Part shown: positions 38,645-51,534 of the stretch, piece after piece
Layout of the letters: each line of letters begins with the position of its first letter
Numbering within the stretch: position 1 is the first letter of the stretch
Source of the DNA: Chiloscyllium plagiosum
Lineage: Eukaryota
Direction of reading: 5' to 3'
Length of the DNA: 64,000 bases
Assembly: GCF_004010195.1 (NCBI RefSeq)
Contig: NC_057718.1
Span: 96,788,138 to 96,852,137, forward strand
The notes under the pieces: generated by a model
Told to the model about the DNA's origin: nothing
The model's input: only the letters and a program-made list of their open reading frames with translations
Databases searched by the model: none
Position numbers and translations under genes: made by a program

Positions 38645-39339
38645 ATCTCTATGACTCTAACTACATCATTACAACAACAAGTTGTAGATGTGTACCGTAC
38701 CTTTAAGAGAGAGTGAAAGCTGATGAGGACTTAACAAGCATAGAGTGAACAATTGTAAAATGTAACATTTAGGCTGTGAAACAATTAGCTGAGCTGTTGC
38801 TATGTTACATAACAAATTCGAATTTGGCCAGTCAGTTTAAATTATACCCCAAGATACCAAAACCCAATCGAATTTGAATTTTACTGTTTTGACAACATCA
38901 AACCAATGAGACAATCCGATGTTTTGGGGGTATCAAAATTGGCCATTTTGAAGAGTTAGCCAGAGTTGCAAAGAGCAACAACAAACACAGACGGCCTGTG
39001 GAATCGCTGTCTGAAAGGTACCTGTTCATGTGAAATCTGTGCAGCAAAAAGACCGAAGAGAAGACCCAGAAACATCCACAGAGGAGAATCGACACAGCTG
39101 ACTGATTTTGAAAGTTGAATGTTTTGTAAATTCTAATCAGGAGGTTTTATCATATCAGTATATTGCTGTAGCGTGGGAGATAGATAAATCGTTAAGACAA
39201 AGGAGGTTTACAGCTGTTGGTTAATGTTCTCTTTTTTTCTTGGAGTTAAAGAATAAATTGTTAATTTTTTCTCTAATTAGTGGGATTTGGTAGTTCTTGG
39301 TCACTGATATTTTTACAGATTACGAGGCGAGGTGAGCTA

Positions 39340-40248
39340 TGTCAGGTTTAGGTTAGCAGAAGAGTTAAACTAGTGTCACAGCACAGAGTTAAAGTTAGCA
39401 GAAGGGTTTAACCCTGTGCTGTGACACTAGTTTAAATTAGCAGAAGGGTTTACCGTGTGCTGTAACACTAGATTTTTTTTAAGATTACTTACAGTGTGGA
39501 ACAGGCCCTTCGGCCCAACAAGTCACAGAGGGTTTACCCCATGTCGCAACACCAGTTTAAATCAGCAGAATGGTTTACCCCATGTCGCAACACCAGTTTA
39601 AATTAGCAGAATGGTTTACCCCATGTCGTAACACCAGTTTAAATTAGCAGAAGGGTTTACCCTGTGCTGTGGCACTAGTTTAAATTAGCAGGAGGGTTTA
39701 CCCTGTGCCGTGACACCAGTTTAAATTAGCAGAAGGGTTTACCCTGAGCTTTGGCACTAGTTTAAATTAACAGAAGGGTTTACCGCGTGCTGTAACACTA
39801 GATTTTTTTTAAGATTACTTACAGTGTGGAACAGGCCCTACGGCCCAACAAGTCAAAGAGGGTTTACCCAGGATCGTAACACTAGTTTAAATCAGCAGAA
39901 GGGTTTACCCTGTGCCGTGACACTAGTTTAAATTAGCAGAAGGGTTTAACCATGTGCCGTGACACTAGTTTAAAATCAGCAGAAGGGTTTACCCCATGTC
40001 GCAACACCAGTTTAAATTAGCAGAAGGGTTTACCCTGTGCCGTGACACTAGTTTAAATTAGCAGAAGGGTTTAACCCTGTGCCGTGACACAAGTTTAAAT
40101 CAGAAGGGTTTAACCATGTGCCGTGACACTAGTTTAAAATCAGAAGGGTTTACCCCATGTCGCAACACCAGTTTAAATTAGCAGAAGGGTTTACCCTGTG
40201 CTGTGGCACTGGTTTAAATCAGCAGAAGGGTTTACCCCGTGATGTAAC
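39340..40248. repeat. Minisatellite with unit of about 41 bp
   Basis: About 20 copies of gtttaaattagcagaagggtttaccctgtgccgtgacacta and variants. Two embedded HE1-tail fragments. Confidence 0.95.
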
Positions 40249-40399
40249 ACATTTACAAAGCACAGAACCATAATAATTCAACCAGAGGTAAGATAACTGT
40301 ATTAGCAAAAGAAAAAAGAGAAAGGGAAAGAGAAATAAACAATTGTCACAGCAGAAGACACCTCACTCTGGAACAGTTAAAAAGACAACACCCTTAACA

Positions 40400-41460
40400 T
40401 TTGAAAGAAAAGGTTTCCAGATTTTTGCAAATTTGTTAGAGATGCCAAGTTAGGATAATCTAATCTTCTCTAATTTAAGAAAGTATAATACATCTCTAAC
40501 CCAGTGTGTATTTGTAGGCAGAGTTAGATATTTCCAATTTAACAAATCAATCTTCGGGCCAATAGGGTAGTGAATGCTATCGTATCTTTTTTCGAGGAAA
40601 CAAGATTAGGTAAAGAGGGTGACACCCCAAACAAAGCGGTAATAGCATTAGGAGTAAGATTCTCATCAGATATCTTCGATACAGTGTCAAAGATATCAGT
40701 CCAATATCTACTCGTGCAGGAATTGTGTCAGATAGAACGGGTTCAGATTGGTTTCACAGGTCAACGCAATATCGAGGGCCAAAGGACCTGTACTGCGTTG
40801 TGATGTCCTATGTCCTATCTACTTAAAGAAGGACAAAGCCAGAACATGTACACACAATTTACTGGAGTTTGCTCACACCGATTATAGGACAGACACATCT
40901 CCTGAAATATTTCTGCAACTCGAGCTTTGGTGTAGTGGGTGTGGGGGAGAATCTTGCATTAAGTAAAACCATGTTTTGCACAGACAGAAGATCTGTGCAC
41001 TCTTTGTAAAATCTCATCCCATACATCACTCGGAATTAACTCTTCCAAATGTGCCTCCCAGATGGTGTTAATAGAGTCAAGAGAATCTGAACATACTTTA
41101 TGGATTAGCGACTTTTGAGAAGATTTGTAGCTCACGCTCATGATAAATATAAGTTAGCTCGCTGAGCTGGAAGCTGTGTTTTCAGACGTTTCGTCACCAT
41201 ACTCGGTCACATCATCAGTGAGAGTCTCCGGTGATGATGTGACCTAGAATGGTGACGAAACGTCTGAAAACAAACCTTCAAGCTCAGCGAGCTAACTTAC
41301 ATACATACTTTATGCCCCCTTTAATGAAGAAAGCAGTTCCATAAAGACGTCAAAATCAGAATCATTAGGAAGGGCAGTGAAAATCTGAAATGAACTACAG
41401 ACAAAAACAGCAAACTTGGAGGTTTCTAAAGAACTGGCATTTAGGAAGTGAAAACGTTTC
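40400..41460 (-). mobile_element. L1-clade LINE ORF2 C-terminal remnant
   Basis: Minus strand WEAHLEELIPSDVWDEILQRVHRSSVCAKHG, CPIIGVSK...HVLALSF (zinc knuckle region), YWTDIFDTVSKI, LLNWK, LKLEKIR, IWKPFL. Probably extends to about 42350. Confidence 0.7.
41182..41221 (-). ncRNA. Minimal hammerhead ribozyme motif (family C) in palindrome 41151-41298
   Basis: Minus strand TCA-CTGATGA-T-GTGACC-GAGTAT-GGTGAC-GAA-ACGT-C-TGA, with one stem II mismatch. Confidence 0.6.
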
Positions 41461-41467
41461 ACCTAAC

Positions 41468-41845
41468 TATAGAATCATAGAGATGTACAGCATGAAAACA
41501 GACCCTTTGGTCCAACCCATCCATGCTGACCAGATATCCCAACCCAATCTAGTCCCACCTGCCAGCACCTGGCCCAGATCCCTCCAAACCCTTCCTATTC
41601 ATAAACCTATCCAGATGCCTCTTAAATGTTGCAATTGTACCAGCCTCCACCACTTCCTCTGGCAGCTCATTCCATACCCGTACCACCCTCTGTGTGAAAA
41701 AGTTGCCCCTTAGGTCTCTTTTATATCTTTCCCCTCTCACCCTAAACCTATGCCCTCTGATACTGGACTCCCCCACCCCAGGGAAAAGACTTTGCCTATT
41801 TACCCTATCCATGCCCCTCATAATTTTGTAAACCTCTATAAGGTC
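41468..41845 (-). mobile_element. CR1 LINE 3' fragment nested in an L1 remnant
   Basis: MRGMDRVNRQSLFPGVGES...NFFTQRVVRVWNELPEEVVEAGTIATFKRHLD. Confidence 0.9.
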
Positions 41846-43348
41846 AAAGATGCAAAAACATTATCAACAGGTAAATCTTTCACAGTTTTTATTCCTAACT
41901 TAGCCCAACCAGAAAAGGCACTATCCACTAAAGATGGAGAAAAATATGATTTACCACCAACCTTTGTCGAAAATGACAGAAAGCCAAAGTGATGTCTAAA
42001 CCAAAACCAAATTTTCAGACAAAACAGTTAAATTATTCGTGTAAACAGAGGTTGAAGGAAGGAGAGGTGAATGCAGTAAATCCTTCAGTGTTACCAGACG
42101 GGTGCAAGTTACCTCAATAGTCAACCAATGTGGGACAGAATCAAGACTTACAGTGCGAGACAAAACACACAGTAACGGATCTTTGTCTTTCCTTAAATAT
42201 AATCCTTAAAGTTTTCCAACTGCAGGCTAAAACTGTATCTGTGTTTCCGAGTGAGATATGAACCACAGGAGAAACAAACAGATTTTTTGGAATGCACAAA
42301 AACAAAATTTATCCTAATCCAGCATTTCCGCAAGGCAAAATCAAACAACACACAAACATAATGTCAAGTGTGGGGAATCACCTCAGGGGATCTCCCACCC
42401 ACAGCTTCTAACCTCATAGTTCAGGAGCCCCACACCACCCGGTTCTACCTCTTTCCCAAGATCCACAAGCCTGACCACCCTGACCGACCTATCATCTCAG
42501 CCTGCTCTTGCCCCACCGAGTTCAACTCCATACCTCGACACTGTCCTATCCCCCGGTCCAGGAACTCCCCACATACGTTCAGGACACCACCCATGCCCTC
42601 CACCTCCTCCAAGACTTCCGTTTCCCTGGCCCCCAAACGCCTCATCTTCACCATGGACATCCAACCCCTCTACACCTCCATCCACCATGACCAGGGCCTC
42701 AAGCCCCCCCGTTTCTTCCTCTCCCGATGTCCCCACCAGTATCCCTTCCACTGACGCTCTCATTCGTTTGGCTGAACTGGTCCTCACCCTGAACAATTTC
42801 TCCTTCGAGTCCTCCCACTTCCTCTAGACCAAAGAGATAGCCAAAGGGACCCGTACGGGCCCCAGCTATGCCTGTCTCTTTGTTGGCTATGTTGAACAGC
42901 TCATCTTCCGTAGTTACACCGGCACCACTCCCCACCTCTTCCTCCGCTTCACTGCTGACTGCATTGGCGCCACTCGTGCTCCCGCGAGGAGGTTGAGCAG
43001 TTCATCAACTTCACCAACACATTCTACCCCGACCTTAAATTCATCTGGACCATCTCTGACTCCTCCTCTCCCCACCCCCCCTTCCTGGACCTCTCCATCT
43101 ACGGTGACGAACCACGGACATTTTCTACAAACCCACCGACTCCCACAGCGACCTAGATGACACTTCCCCCCAACCCCGCTTCCACCGCATCTGTTCCTTG
43201 GATGACCAATTCCACCTTAGAAAATCCCAGATGGCCTCCTTCTTTAGAGACCACAATTTCGCCTCCCACATGGTTGATGATGCCCTCCAGCGCATCTCAT
43301 CTATTTCCCGCCACTCCACCCTCTAACCCCACCCCTCCAACCACAACA

Positions 43349-43860
43349 NNNNNNNNNNNNNNNNNNNNNNNNNNNNNNNNNNNNNNNNNNNNNNNNNNNN
43401 NNNNNNNNNNNNNNNNNNNNNNNNNNNNNNNNNNNNNNNNNNNNNNNNNNNNNNNNNNNNNNNNNNNNNNNNNNNNNNNNNNNNNNNNNNNNNNNNNNNN
43501 NNNNNNNNNNNNNNNNNNNNNNNNNNNNNNNNNNNNNNNNNNNNNNNNNNNNNNNNNNNNNNNNNNNNNNNNNNNNNNNNNNNNNNNNNNNNNNNNNNNN
43601 NNNNNNNNNNNNNNNNNNNNNNNNNNNNNNNNNNNNNNNNNNNNNNNNNNNNNNNNNNNNNNNNNNNNNNNNNNNNNNNNNNNNNNNNNNNNNNNNNNNN
43701 NNNNNNNNNNNNNNNNNNNNNNNNNNNNNNNNNNNNNNNNNNNNNNNNNNNNNNNNNNNNNNNNNNNNNNNNNNNNNNNNNNNNNNNNNNNNNNNNNNNN
43801 NNNNNNNNNNNNNNNNNNNNNNNNNNNNNNNNNNNNNNNNNNNNNNNNNNNNNNNNNNNN
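43349..43860. other. Assembly gap
   Basis: Run of N. Confidence 1.
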
Positions 43861-43914
43861 ACAGCCCCACCCCCCTCACATTTATCTCTCCACCCCCGGA
43901 GCTCCCAGCCTCAT

Positions 43915-43947
43915 TCCTGATGAAGGGGCTTTTGCCCGAAACGTCGA
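43915..43947 (+). ncRNA. Minimal hammerhead ribozyme motif (family A) downstream of the Penelope RT remnant
   Basis: TC-CTGATGA-AG-GGGC-TTTT-GCCC-GAA-ACGT-C-GA. Confidence 0.65.
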
Positions 43948-44313
43948 CTCTCCTGCTTCTCGGATGCTGCCTGACCTGCTTTGCTTTTCCAGCACCACAC
44001 TCTCGACTCTAATCTCCAGCATCTGCAGTCCTCACTTTCTCCTACACTAAACCAACGAACCTATCTGGCACGGTTAAAATTCACCGTAGAAGAGAAAACT
44101 GATCAGTAAATGATTTAGTATAATCACATGTACCTAGGTACAGTGAAAAGTTTTGTTCAGCGTGCAGTACAGTCAGATTATACCATACAAGGATCACAGG
44201 TTGATGGAACAAAGAGGAATACAGTGATATGGCTACAGAGAAGGTACACAGAGAGCGAGATCAACATTAGATTTGAAGGTTGAGAGGTCTAAGTTAATTT
44301 GCAAATCTCTTAC

Positions 44314-44377
44314 CTGTTACCTCATATTTTTGTTGCCTTTTGGGTGGACATATACAGTCGGCAATTAGGACTAGAAA
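44314..44377 (-). CDS. TMX4: TMX4 exon 7
   Basis: Not in the ORF track. attccag|TTT... encodes FLVLIADCICPPKRQQKYEVT plus 1 nt. Donor G|GTAAGA; 64 nt. Continues the TM helix and the juxtamembrane Cys/basic patch. Confidence 0.9.
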
Positions 44378-44756
44378 CTGGAATAATACAAAAACAGATT
44401 GATGGTGAGCAGGAAATTTAAAGAAGTGCGCATTGTATCCACTTGGACAGTCTTTTTTACAGCACTAACTCTGAGAAAGCGCATCAAAAAAAATCTTTAA
44501 CCAAGAATAAATGCAAAGCATATCCTGAAAAAGCAGATTGAAAAATATCAAGATGTGACATCAAAAAACAGACTGCACATCGAAGAGGGGGAACCAAGTT
44601 AAAGTGTTTCATTTACAACCCAAACAGAATTCAAAACGTTTAAGCCGTCCAAAAGATCCCATTCTTCCGGTAGTTTGTTAGCACAGTACCGCCTGAAGGA
44701 AATAATCACATGGCCAATCTCACCAATTTATAAAGACCTTTAGTGAGATGGGGAAA

Positions 44757-45075
44757 CTGGGATGGTACGGTGGTTAGCACTGCTGCCTCACAGCGTCAGG
44801 GACCCGGGTTCGATCCCAGCCTGTCTGTGTGGAGTTTGCACATTCTCCCCGTGGGTTTCCTCCTCCCACAGTTCAAAGATGTGTAGGTTAGGGTGGATTG
44901 GCCATGCTAAATTGCCCCTAGTATCCAATGATGTGCAGGTGAGGTGGGCTAGCCATGGGAAATGCAGGGTTACATTGCTTAGACAAGGTGGTGGGTCTGG
45001 ACAGGATGCTCTTCGGAGGGTCGGTGCGGATTCAATGGGCTGAATGGCCTGCTTCCGTACTGTACGGACTCTATG
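44757..45075 (+). mobile_element. HE1-type SINE
   Basis: Same consensus; a diverged copy also lies at 32141-32450, within the putative TMX4 3' UTR. Confidence 0.8.
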
Positions 45076-45334
45076 AAAATGATTTTCAGCCCAGTGTTGC
45101 CAATTTCACCATGTAACACCTGTTATTGAGATTACCGCTGTGTCCCTAACACACCTGCTCCCCTCCCCTCTCCCTACAATCAGACTGCCCTCCCCCCGTA
45201 AAACCCTTCAGTGTGTCAGGGTCGAGCTTAGACCATGAGTGCAGGCTGGGACTCAGCATTCAGCAGTGTGGCAGCGAGGAAAACAAAATGGCATTCAAAA
45301 AGAAACTCAACCGGGTAATTCAACAAAAATCACA

Positions 45335-45890
45335 TGACAAAGAGAGAGAGCACGAGCAAAAAGAGAGTGCCCGTGCACAAGAATGAGAGACAGAGCAAGA
45401 GAGACAGAGTGAGAGACAGAACGCTAGACAGAGCGAGCGCACATGAGAGAGTGAGAGCACACAAGACAGACAGTGTGCAAGAGAGTGCACGAGAGAGAGA
45501 ACTCAAGAGAGAGACATCGTGCAAGAGAGAGAACGCAAGAGAGCACGAGAGAGAGAGAGAAAGACAGAGCGTAAGTGAGAGACACACACAGAGCACAAGA
45601 GAGACAGAATGCAAGAGAGAGAGAGACACAATGCAACAGAGACAGACAGGCCGAGTGAGACAGTGAGACAGAGCAAGCGCACAAGAGAGAGAGACAGTGC
45701 GCAAGGGAGACAGAACGCGAGACAGCGTGAGGGAGAGAGAGTGTGTGAGAGAGAGAGAGAGACAGAGAGAAGGACAGAGTGTAAGTGAGAGAAAGAGAGA
45801 GAGAGAGCCACAGTGCAACAGAGAGAGAAAGACAGACCGAGTGAGTGAGAGAGACACAGAGAGAGAGAGAAAGAGAGAGACAGAGAGGTT
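45335..45890. repeat. Degenerate (GA)n-rich repeat
   Basis: Interrupted GA/CA dinucleotide tract. Confidence 0.9.
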
Positions 45891-46980
45891 TTCAGGGAAG
45901 GAATTCCCTAGTGGTCAGAGTTATATTATGTGTGAATAACTACAGTTCTTTTGCAAGTTTCAAATCACAGCCTCAGAAAAAGCCAGTTAGACCGGAGATG
46001 AGGAAAGCCCTTTCAATCAAACAGGGTTGGGGATCCCTGGAATTTTCTCGAGGGAACACTGAGGATGCTCAGTTGTTGAGTAAATTCGCTAGGGGAAGAC
46101 AATGGCCTTGTGGGATTATCACTGGGCTGTTCATCCAGAGAGCCAGGGAATGTCTCTGGGGACCTGGGGTCAAATTCAATCAACAAGAAATCTGGAATGA
46201 AGATGCTAAATGATGACCATGAACCCATTGTTGATTGTTGGGAAAACCCATCTGGATCACTAATGTCCTTCAGGGAAGGAAACTGCTATCCTTACCTGGT
46301 CTGGCCTACATGTGACTCCAGACCCATGGTGATGTGATTGACAGTTACCTGCCCTCTGGGCAATTAGGGATGGCCAGTAGATGCTGGTCAAGCCATTGAT
46401 GTCCACATGGTAAATACAGGGATAGGGTGGGATGCTCTTCGACCTGATGGACTGAATGGCCTCTTTCCACACTGTAGAGATTCTTTGGATCCTATTGGCT
46501 GGTTCCCTCAGGCACGTCCATACACCAGGACAGTAACACTGAGCTCTGCCGAAAATAACCTCAAGGATCACGATCGAGCCACAGGGAGGCGCTGTGGCAG
46601 CACCATGCCCGCTTCACTATTCAGGATCACCACCAGAGGGCATGAGAGCGGACTGAGTTTTCCCGAAGAGCCATGAGCCAATTGGCCGCACAGCAAGATC
46701 CCACAAACCAAACTGTGGCAAAGACCAGATGAGCTCATTTCTGATTCCCCCTCAACAATGCAAGTCTCCCGCTTCCGGCACGTGAAGCAGACTATCAGAG
46801 TGACAGAGCGTGAGGAGAGGATGGGGGAGAGAGAGAGCATGGGGGTGGGGCGCACAAGAAAGAGGGTGAGACAATAGAGAGACAGAGACAGTTAATGATA
46901 GAGAGATAGTTACAGATACAGTGGGATACCGAGTGATACAGGTACAGAGGGAGGGAGAGAGGGATTCAGAGTGATGAGGG

Positions 46981-47100
46981 ATACAGAGTGATAGAGGTAC
47001 AGAGAGAGGGATATAGAGTGATAGAGGTACAGAGAGAGGGATACAGAGTGATAGAGGTACAGAGAGAGGGATATAGAGTGATAGAGGTACAGAGAGAGGG
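46981..47100. repeat. 30-bp tandem repeat x4 (exact 60-bp dimer x2)
   Basis: ata(c/t)agagtgatagaggtacagagagaggg, with c and t alternating. Confidence 0.95.
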
Positions 47101-47422
47101 AGAGAGAGAGAGAATGTGATAAGGCAGCACCTGGTCTGCTCAGACAGTTACAAAATAGAGGTGATGGGGAAATGGGGGGCTTTGTCACACTGAGAACAGA
47201 CACACAGGAAAGGCACAGCGATGATTCAAAAAGCAGCTTTCATTTGACCTCTCCCCTTCCCCCCGGCCTGATTTATTTCACCCAACCCACTACCTTTCAT
47301 ACTTCAAAAAAAATTTCAATTTATAACCTGCGCCACCAATCAACCGTACTCGATGAGTCTCAGCCACTCACGCATTAAACACCCCATTTCAATTCGACAT
47401 TTGTAGGTATGCACTGACTTAC

Positions 47423-47524
47423 CAGGCCGAGAATGAGGCCTGCCATTAGCGTAGCAACCGCAAAGATAACATATGAACCCCACGCTGGTATGCCCAGTGT
47501 TTCAGTCAAGTAACCGTGTATTTG
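47423..47524 (-). CDS. TMX4: TMX4 exon 6 (transmembrane helix)
   Basis: Acceptor ctttcag|CAA. Encodes QIHGYLTETLGIPAWGSYVIFAVATLMAGLILGL. Donor CTG|GTAAGT; 102 nt, phase 0-0. Confidence 0.93.
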
Positions 47525-50398
47525 CTGAAAGATCAAGAGAGAGATACGACAGGTCGAGAAACTGATTGAAAATTTACACAGAAGATGCTTATTACTCTGT
47601 ACAAACAACTGTAAACAAGAGCGAGCATAATATTGTAGCCTAACATTTAATCAGAAACTGTCACTAACTTTCCACTCTCTAACACAAGCGTTTAACTTAC
47701 ACCAGTGCCCTTCGACAGAGTTCCATCATCTGAACCTTTTCAAATACAACAGAGCTGTACTTTAAAACCAGTGCTGACTGGTTCAGTGAAACCAGGTTTT
47801 TTTTTAGTTTTGAGGAAAGGGGCAAGGGGTTAAAGGGAATGTGAGGAAATTTGTCTCAGCTAGAGCGCATCTGGAACTTACTGCCTGTGAGGATGGTAAA
47901 GACAGAAGCCTTCTTAACATTGAGGACGTGTTTGGATGTGCACTTGCAATGCCAAAGTATACAAGGCTGTGGGTCAAATGCGGGAAGATGGGATTCGGAG
48001 AGTTAGGTGGGTGTTTTTGACTGGCACAGACTAAAATGGCTGAAGGGCTTTTCTCTGAGCTATAGAGCTCTAGTGACACTAAATATAGTGGAAACACTGT
48101 ACAGATAAGCTTTTTAGGATATTTATTATCTAAAAGCAACTTTAAATATCAAGATAGCCATGGGAAATGCACGGGTTACACAGGTGGGTCTAGGTGGGAT
48201 GGTCTTTGGAGGAGTAGTGTGGACTCAATGGATTGAATGGCCTGCTTCCACACTGCAGGGATCCTATGATTCTCCATCATTCTGTGATAAAACAGTGCGC
48301 ATTTTGAAATGCTTATCTATTTAGGATTGTTTAAAATTAAATTTGCGATTAATATAAAAGAAATACAACGTATCATTCTAATGCCAACACAGTTAAATGT
48401 TAAAATTACACCAGGTTGGCCACATTCCATCTAGTGGCACAGGTTGGTCAGTGCAGGCATAACCACCAGCACTGACCACCTTCCACCAGCAGGTGGTGCC
48501 CAAAGCCTCAGAACAGGAGAGACAGGGGCACTGGGAGGTTTTAAAAAGGGGGACAGATGGAGGACAGGATTGGGAACAGAGGGAGCAAGGGCAGCAGCAA
48601 CCAGAGGACGGTCGGGAAGCTTCCGGACAGAGAGGAGGAAATGGGGCAAAGGTTTTGAAAGCGGGGCACAGGGCGGCACGTCTGAGGCAAACAACGTGGA
48701 ACTGACACTCTTGACACTAAACAAATATAGTGTCAGAGTTTTGTTCATAAAGCTGAAACATAGAACCAGTTCTGGTCACACCATCCGAAATGTTAACTCT
48801 TGGCTTCTCTCTATAGACGCTGCCAGACCTGCTGAGCTTTTCCGGCAACTTCTGCTTTTCTTTCTCATTTCCATTTCTTTCGGGTTTTTAACACTGAGCC
48901 AGTCAACTTTAAATGGGCACTGACAGAAATCTGTTCAGATTGCCAACATCCTCTTTACAATCTTGTTAGTTTCAAAGCGATCGGTACACCTTCTGGTATA
49001 ATCTGGCATTGCATCCACTCCCACCAACACCAGCAGCAGTGCGTATCACCTACAAGATGCACGGCAGAAATTCACCAAAGATCCTCCGACAGCTACTTCC
49101 AAACGCACAATGACTTCCATCTAGAAGGACCAGGGCAGCAGATACATGGGAGCACCCCCACCTTCAAGTTCCCCTCCAAGCCAATCACCATCCTGACTTG
49201 GGAATTCCTTCACTATCGCTGGGTCAAAATCCTGGAATTTCCTCCATAAGGACATTGTGGGTCAACCCAGAGCAGGTGGACTGCAGCGGTTCAATAAGGC
49301 AGCTCACCCCCACCTTCTCAAGGGGCAACTAGGGACAGGCAATAAATGCTGGGCCCAGCCAGCAACACCCCCATCCCGCAAAACAAATACATTTTTGAAA
49401 ATTACACAGTTCTTGGCACATCCCGTTGAACACCAGAATGTTTATGCACAAGCTGCCTCACAACCCATCAACATATCCTTCTATTCCTTACCGCGCCCCC
49501 CCACCCCGCCAATGTCTGCTTACTCCTCTAAAAACGGAAAACCGTGTCATGTTTCTGAACTGCTTCTCATGGGAACGATTTCCACATTCTCCGGCACAAA
49601 AGGAATTTCTCTGGAACTCCCTGCTGGATTTACTCATGACTACCTTGCAATTAAAAGGCCTCTTATTTCGGTCTCACGTACACACACAAAAAAATCAAAG
49701 TGAGACAGCATGGAAACAGACCCTTCGACCCAACTAGTCCATGCTGACCATAATCCCAAACTAAAGTAGCCACACCTGCTCCTGGTCCGTATCCCTCCAA
49801 ACATCCCCAATTCATGCTCCTGGCCTGTATCGCTCCAAAAATTCCCAATTCATGCTCTTATCCAAATGTCTTTTAAACTGTAACCGCATCCACCACTTTC
49901 TCTGGAAGTCTATTCCAACACACAAATCACTGTGTAGAAAATAAGTTGCCCCTTATGTTGTTTTTAAATCTTTCTTTTCCCACCTAGTCTTGAAACCACT
50001 CCCGTACCCTCGAAGACATTGTCTCCAAAAGGAATAAAGGCTCCCACTCACAGTGGACATCCTCTGATAGTTGGGTTGGTAGGGCCATCAGCCACACTCA
50101 AAAGTAGCCTGAGGCGAAAAGAAGGTACAAAAACCTATTCCAGTTTTTGCAAATTCAGACAGGGAACAATGCTGCCCCAAAACGAGACGACACCAAGCAG
50201 CTTCCAGAACGGGCACATAGGCCTTAGCTCAGCATCTCGCTTGGGAACTGGCAACTCCAACAATGTCTCCCGTGCTTGGTCTAATCTTCCTTGTCAGAAG
50301 TCACACGACACCAGGTTATGGGACGAAGTGAGGACTGCAGATGCTGGAGAGGCACAGTCAAAAAGTGTGGGGCTGGAAAAGCAGAGCAGGTCAGGAGA

Positions 50399-50432
50399 GT
50401 CGACGTTTCGGGCATAAGCCCTTCATCAGGAA
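50399..50432 (-). ncRNA. Minimal hammerhead ribozyme motif (family A)
   Basis: Minus strand TC-CTGATGA-A-GGGC-TTAT-GCCC-GAA-ACGT-C-GA with a GUC triplet. An inverted partner core lies on + at 50437-50464. Confidence 0.7.
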
Positions 50433-51534
50433 TGTACTGATGAAGGGCTTTTGCCTGAAACGTCAATTCTCCTGCTCCTCAGATGCTGCCTGACCTGCTG
50501 TGCTTTTCCAGCACCACACGTTTTGACACCAGATTATAGTCCAACAGGTTGATTTGAAATCACAAGCGCTCGACAGGAGCTTCCCCGATGAAGGAGCAGC
50601 GTTCCGAAAGCTTGTCATTTCAAATAAACCTGTCAGACTATACTCTGGTGTCGTGTGACCTCTGACCTTGTCCACCCCAGACCAACACCGGCTCCTCTGC
50701 ACCGTCATCTTCCTCGAGCCATTCCCGAGTTCCCTCCTGCACCGGACGGGGCACGTCCGAGGCGTGCCACAACAATCCCCTCGGTGCCCGCCTGGCACTG
50801 ACCCATTCCCGACACTCACTTCACCCAGCTGGTGGCAAGAACAAAAACCAAAATCCCTGGCCACAGCAGTGGGCACTGGTGTCCTGGATTTCCCAGTCTG
50901 CCAGCAACTGGCCACATGGGGCACCAAAAACACCACAGAGTCACACAACTCAGAAATAGACCCTTCGGTCCAACCAGTCCATGTTGACCCTAAACCCAGC
51001 CAAACAACAAGTCGACCCAATGGCAGCGAGTCCACGGTCTGATTAACTGCTGTTAAACTTAGTGTCAGGAAATTACAGCTCGTTGCTCAGTTGTGTTCAG
51101 CTTTTCTTGTGGCACATGGGTAGTGTCCCTCTCTCTGAACTGGGAGGCACAGGTTCAAGTCACACCTGCTTCAAAGGGGTAATGTAACGTCTCTGAACAA
51201 GTTGTCTAGAACACTGTTTATTGTCGCACTTTCAGCCAGTGACCAATTCCGAGATACAGACTCCACAGATCAAAAGGTGCAGGCTAGATGGACAGATCGG
51301 TCTCTCTCTCTCTCTGCTGGTGTTTGCAAAAGTGCACACTGTGGCCCCCTGCTGGTGCCTCCCATTCCGACAGCCTCAAGGCCCCTTTTGAAATCTTCCT
51401 TCTCTTCTTCTAACAGTTGCCAAGGTCTAACTGAGATCGAGACACGACTCAATCCGATCGCTGTCCTAAAAAATAAATGCCCGTGGAAATTTCTGACTGC
51501 AGGTAAAACTTAGATTGTGGTCGAGAGTGGCAAG

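Larger units (their letters stand above)
42370..44045 (+). mobile_element. Penelope-like retroelement, degenerate RT plus 3' end (spans the N gap)
   Basis: Frameshifted PLE RT motifs FYLFPKIHKP...RPIISAC, TMDIQPLYTSI, GPSYACLFVG, FLDLSI, FYKPTDSH. A hammerhead-containing terminal repeat follows after the gap; continuity across the gap is assumed. Confidence 0.85.

Noticed and set aside
39340..40248. Regular ~41-bp array resembling CRISPR
   Set aside because: Contiguous tandem units without unique spacers, no cas genes, vertebrate intron.
43157..44050. 297-aa ORF
   Set aside because: Artefact of the N gap.
44315..44320. Alternative donor GAG|GTAACA 7 nt upstream in TMX4 exon 7
   Set aside because: It changes phase relative to the main CAG acceptors, is weaker than CAG|GTAAGA, and has no support without RNA data.
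45330..45939. Arg/Glu- and Leu/Ser-rich ORFs
   Set aside because: Translation of a (GA)n tract.
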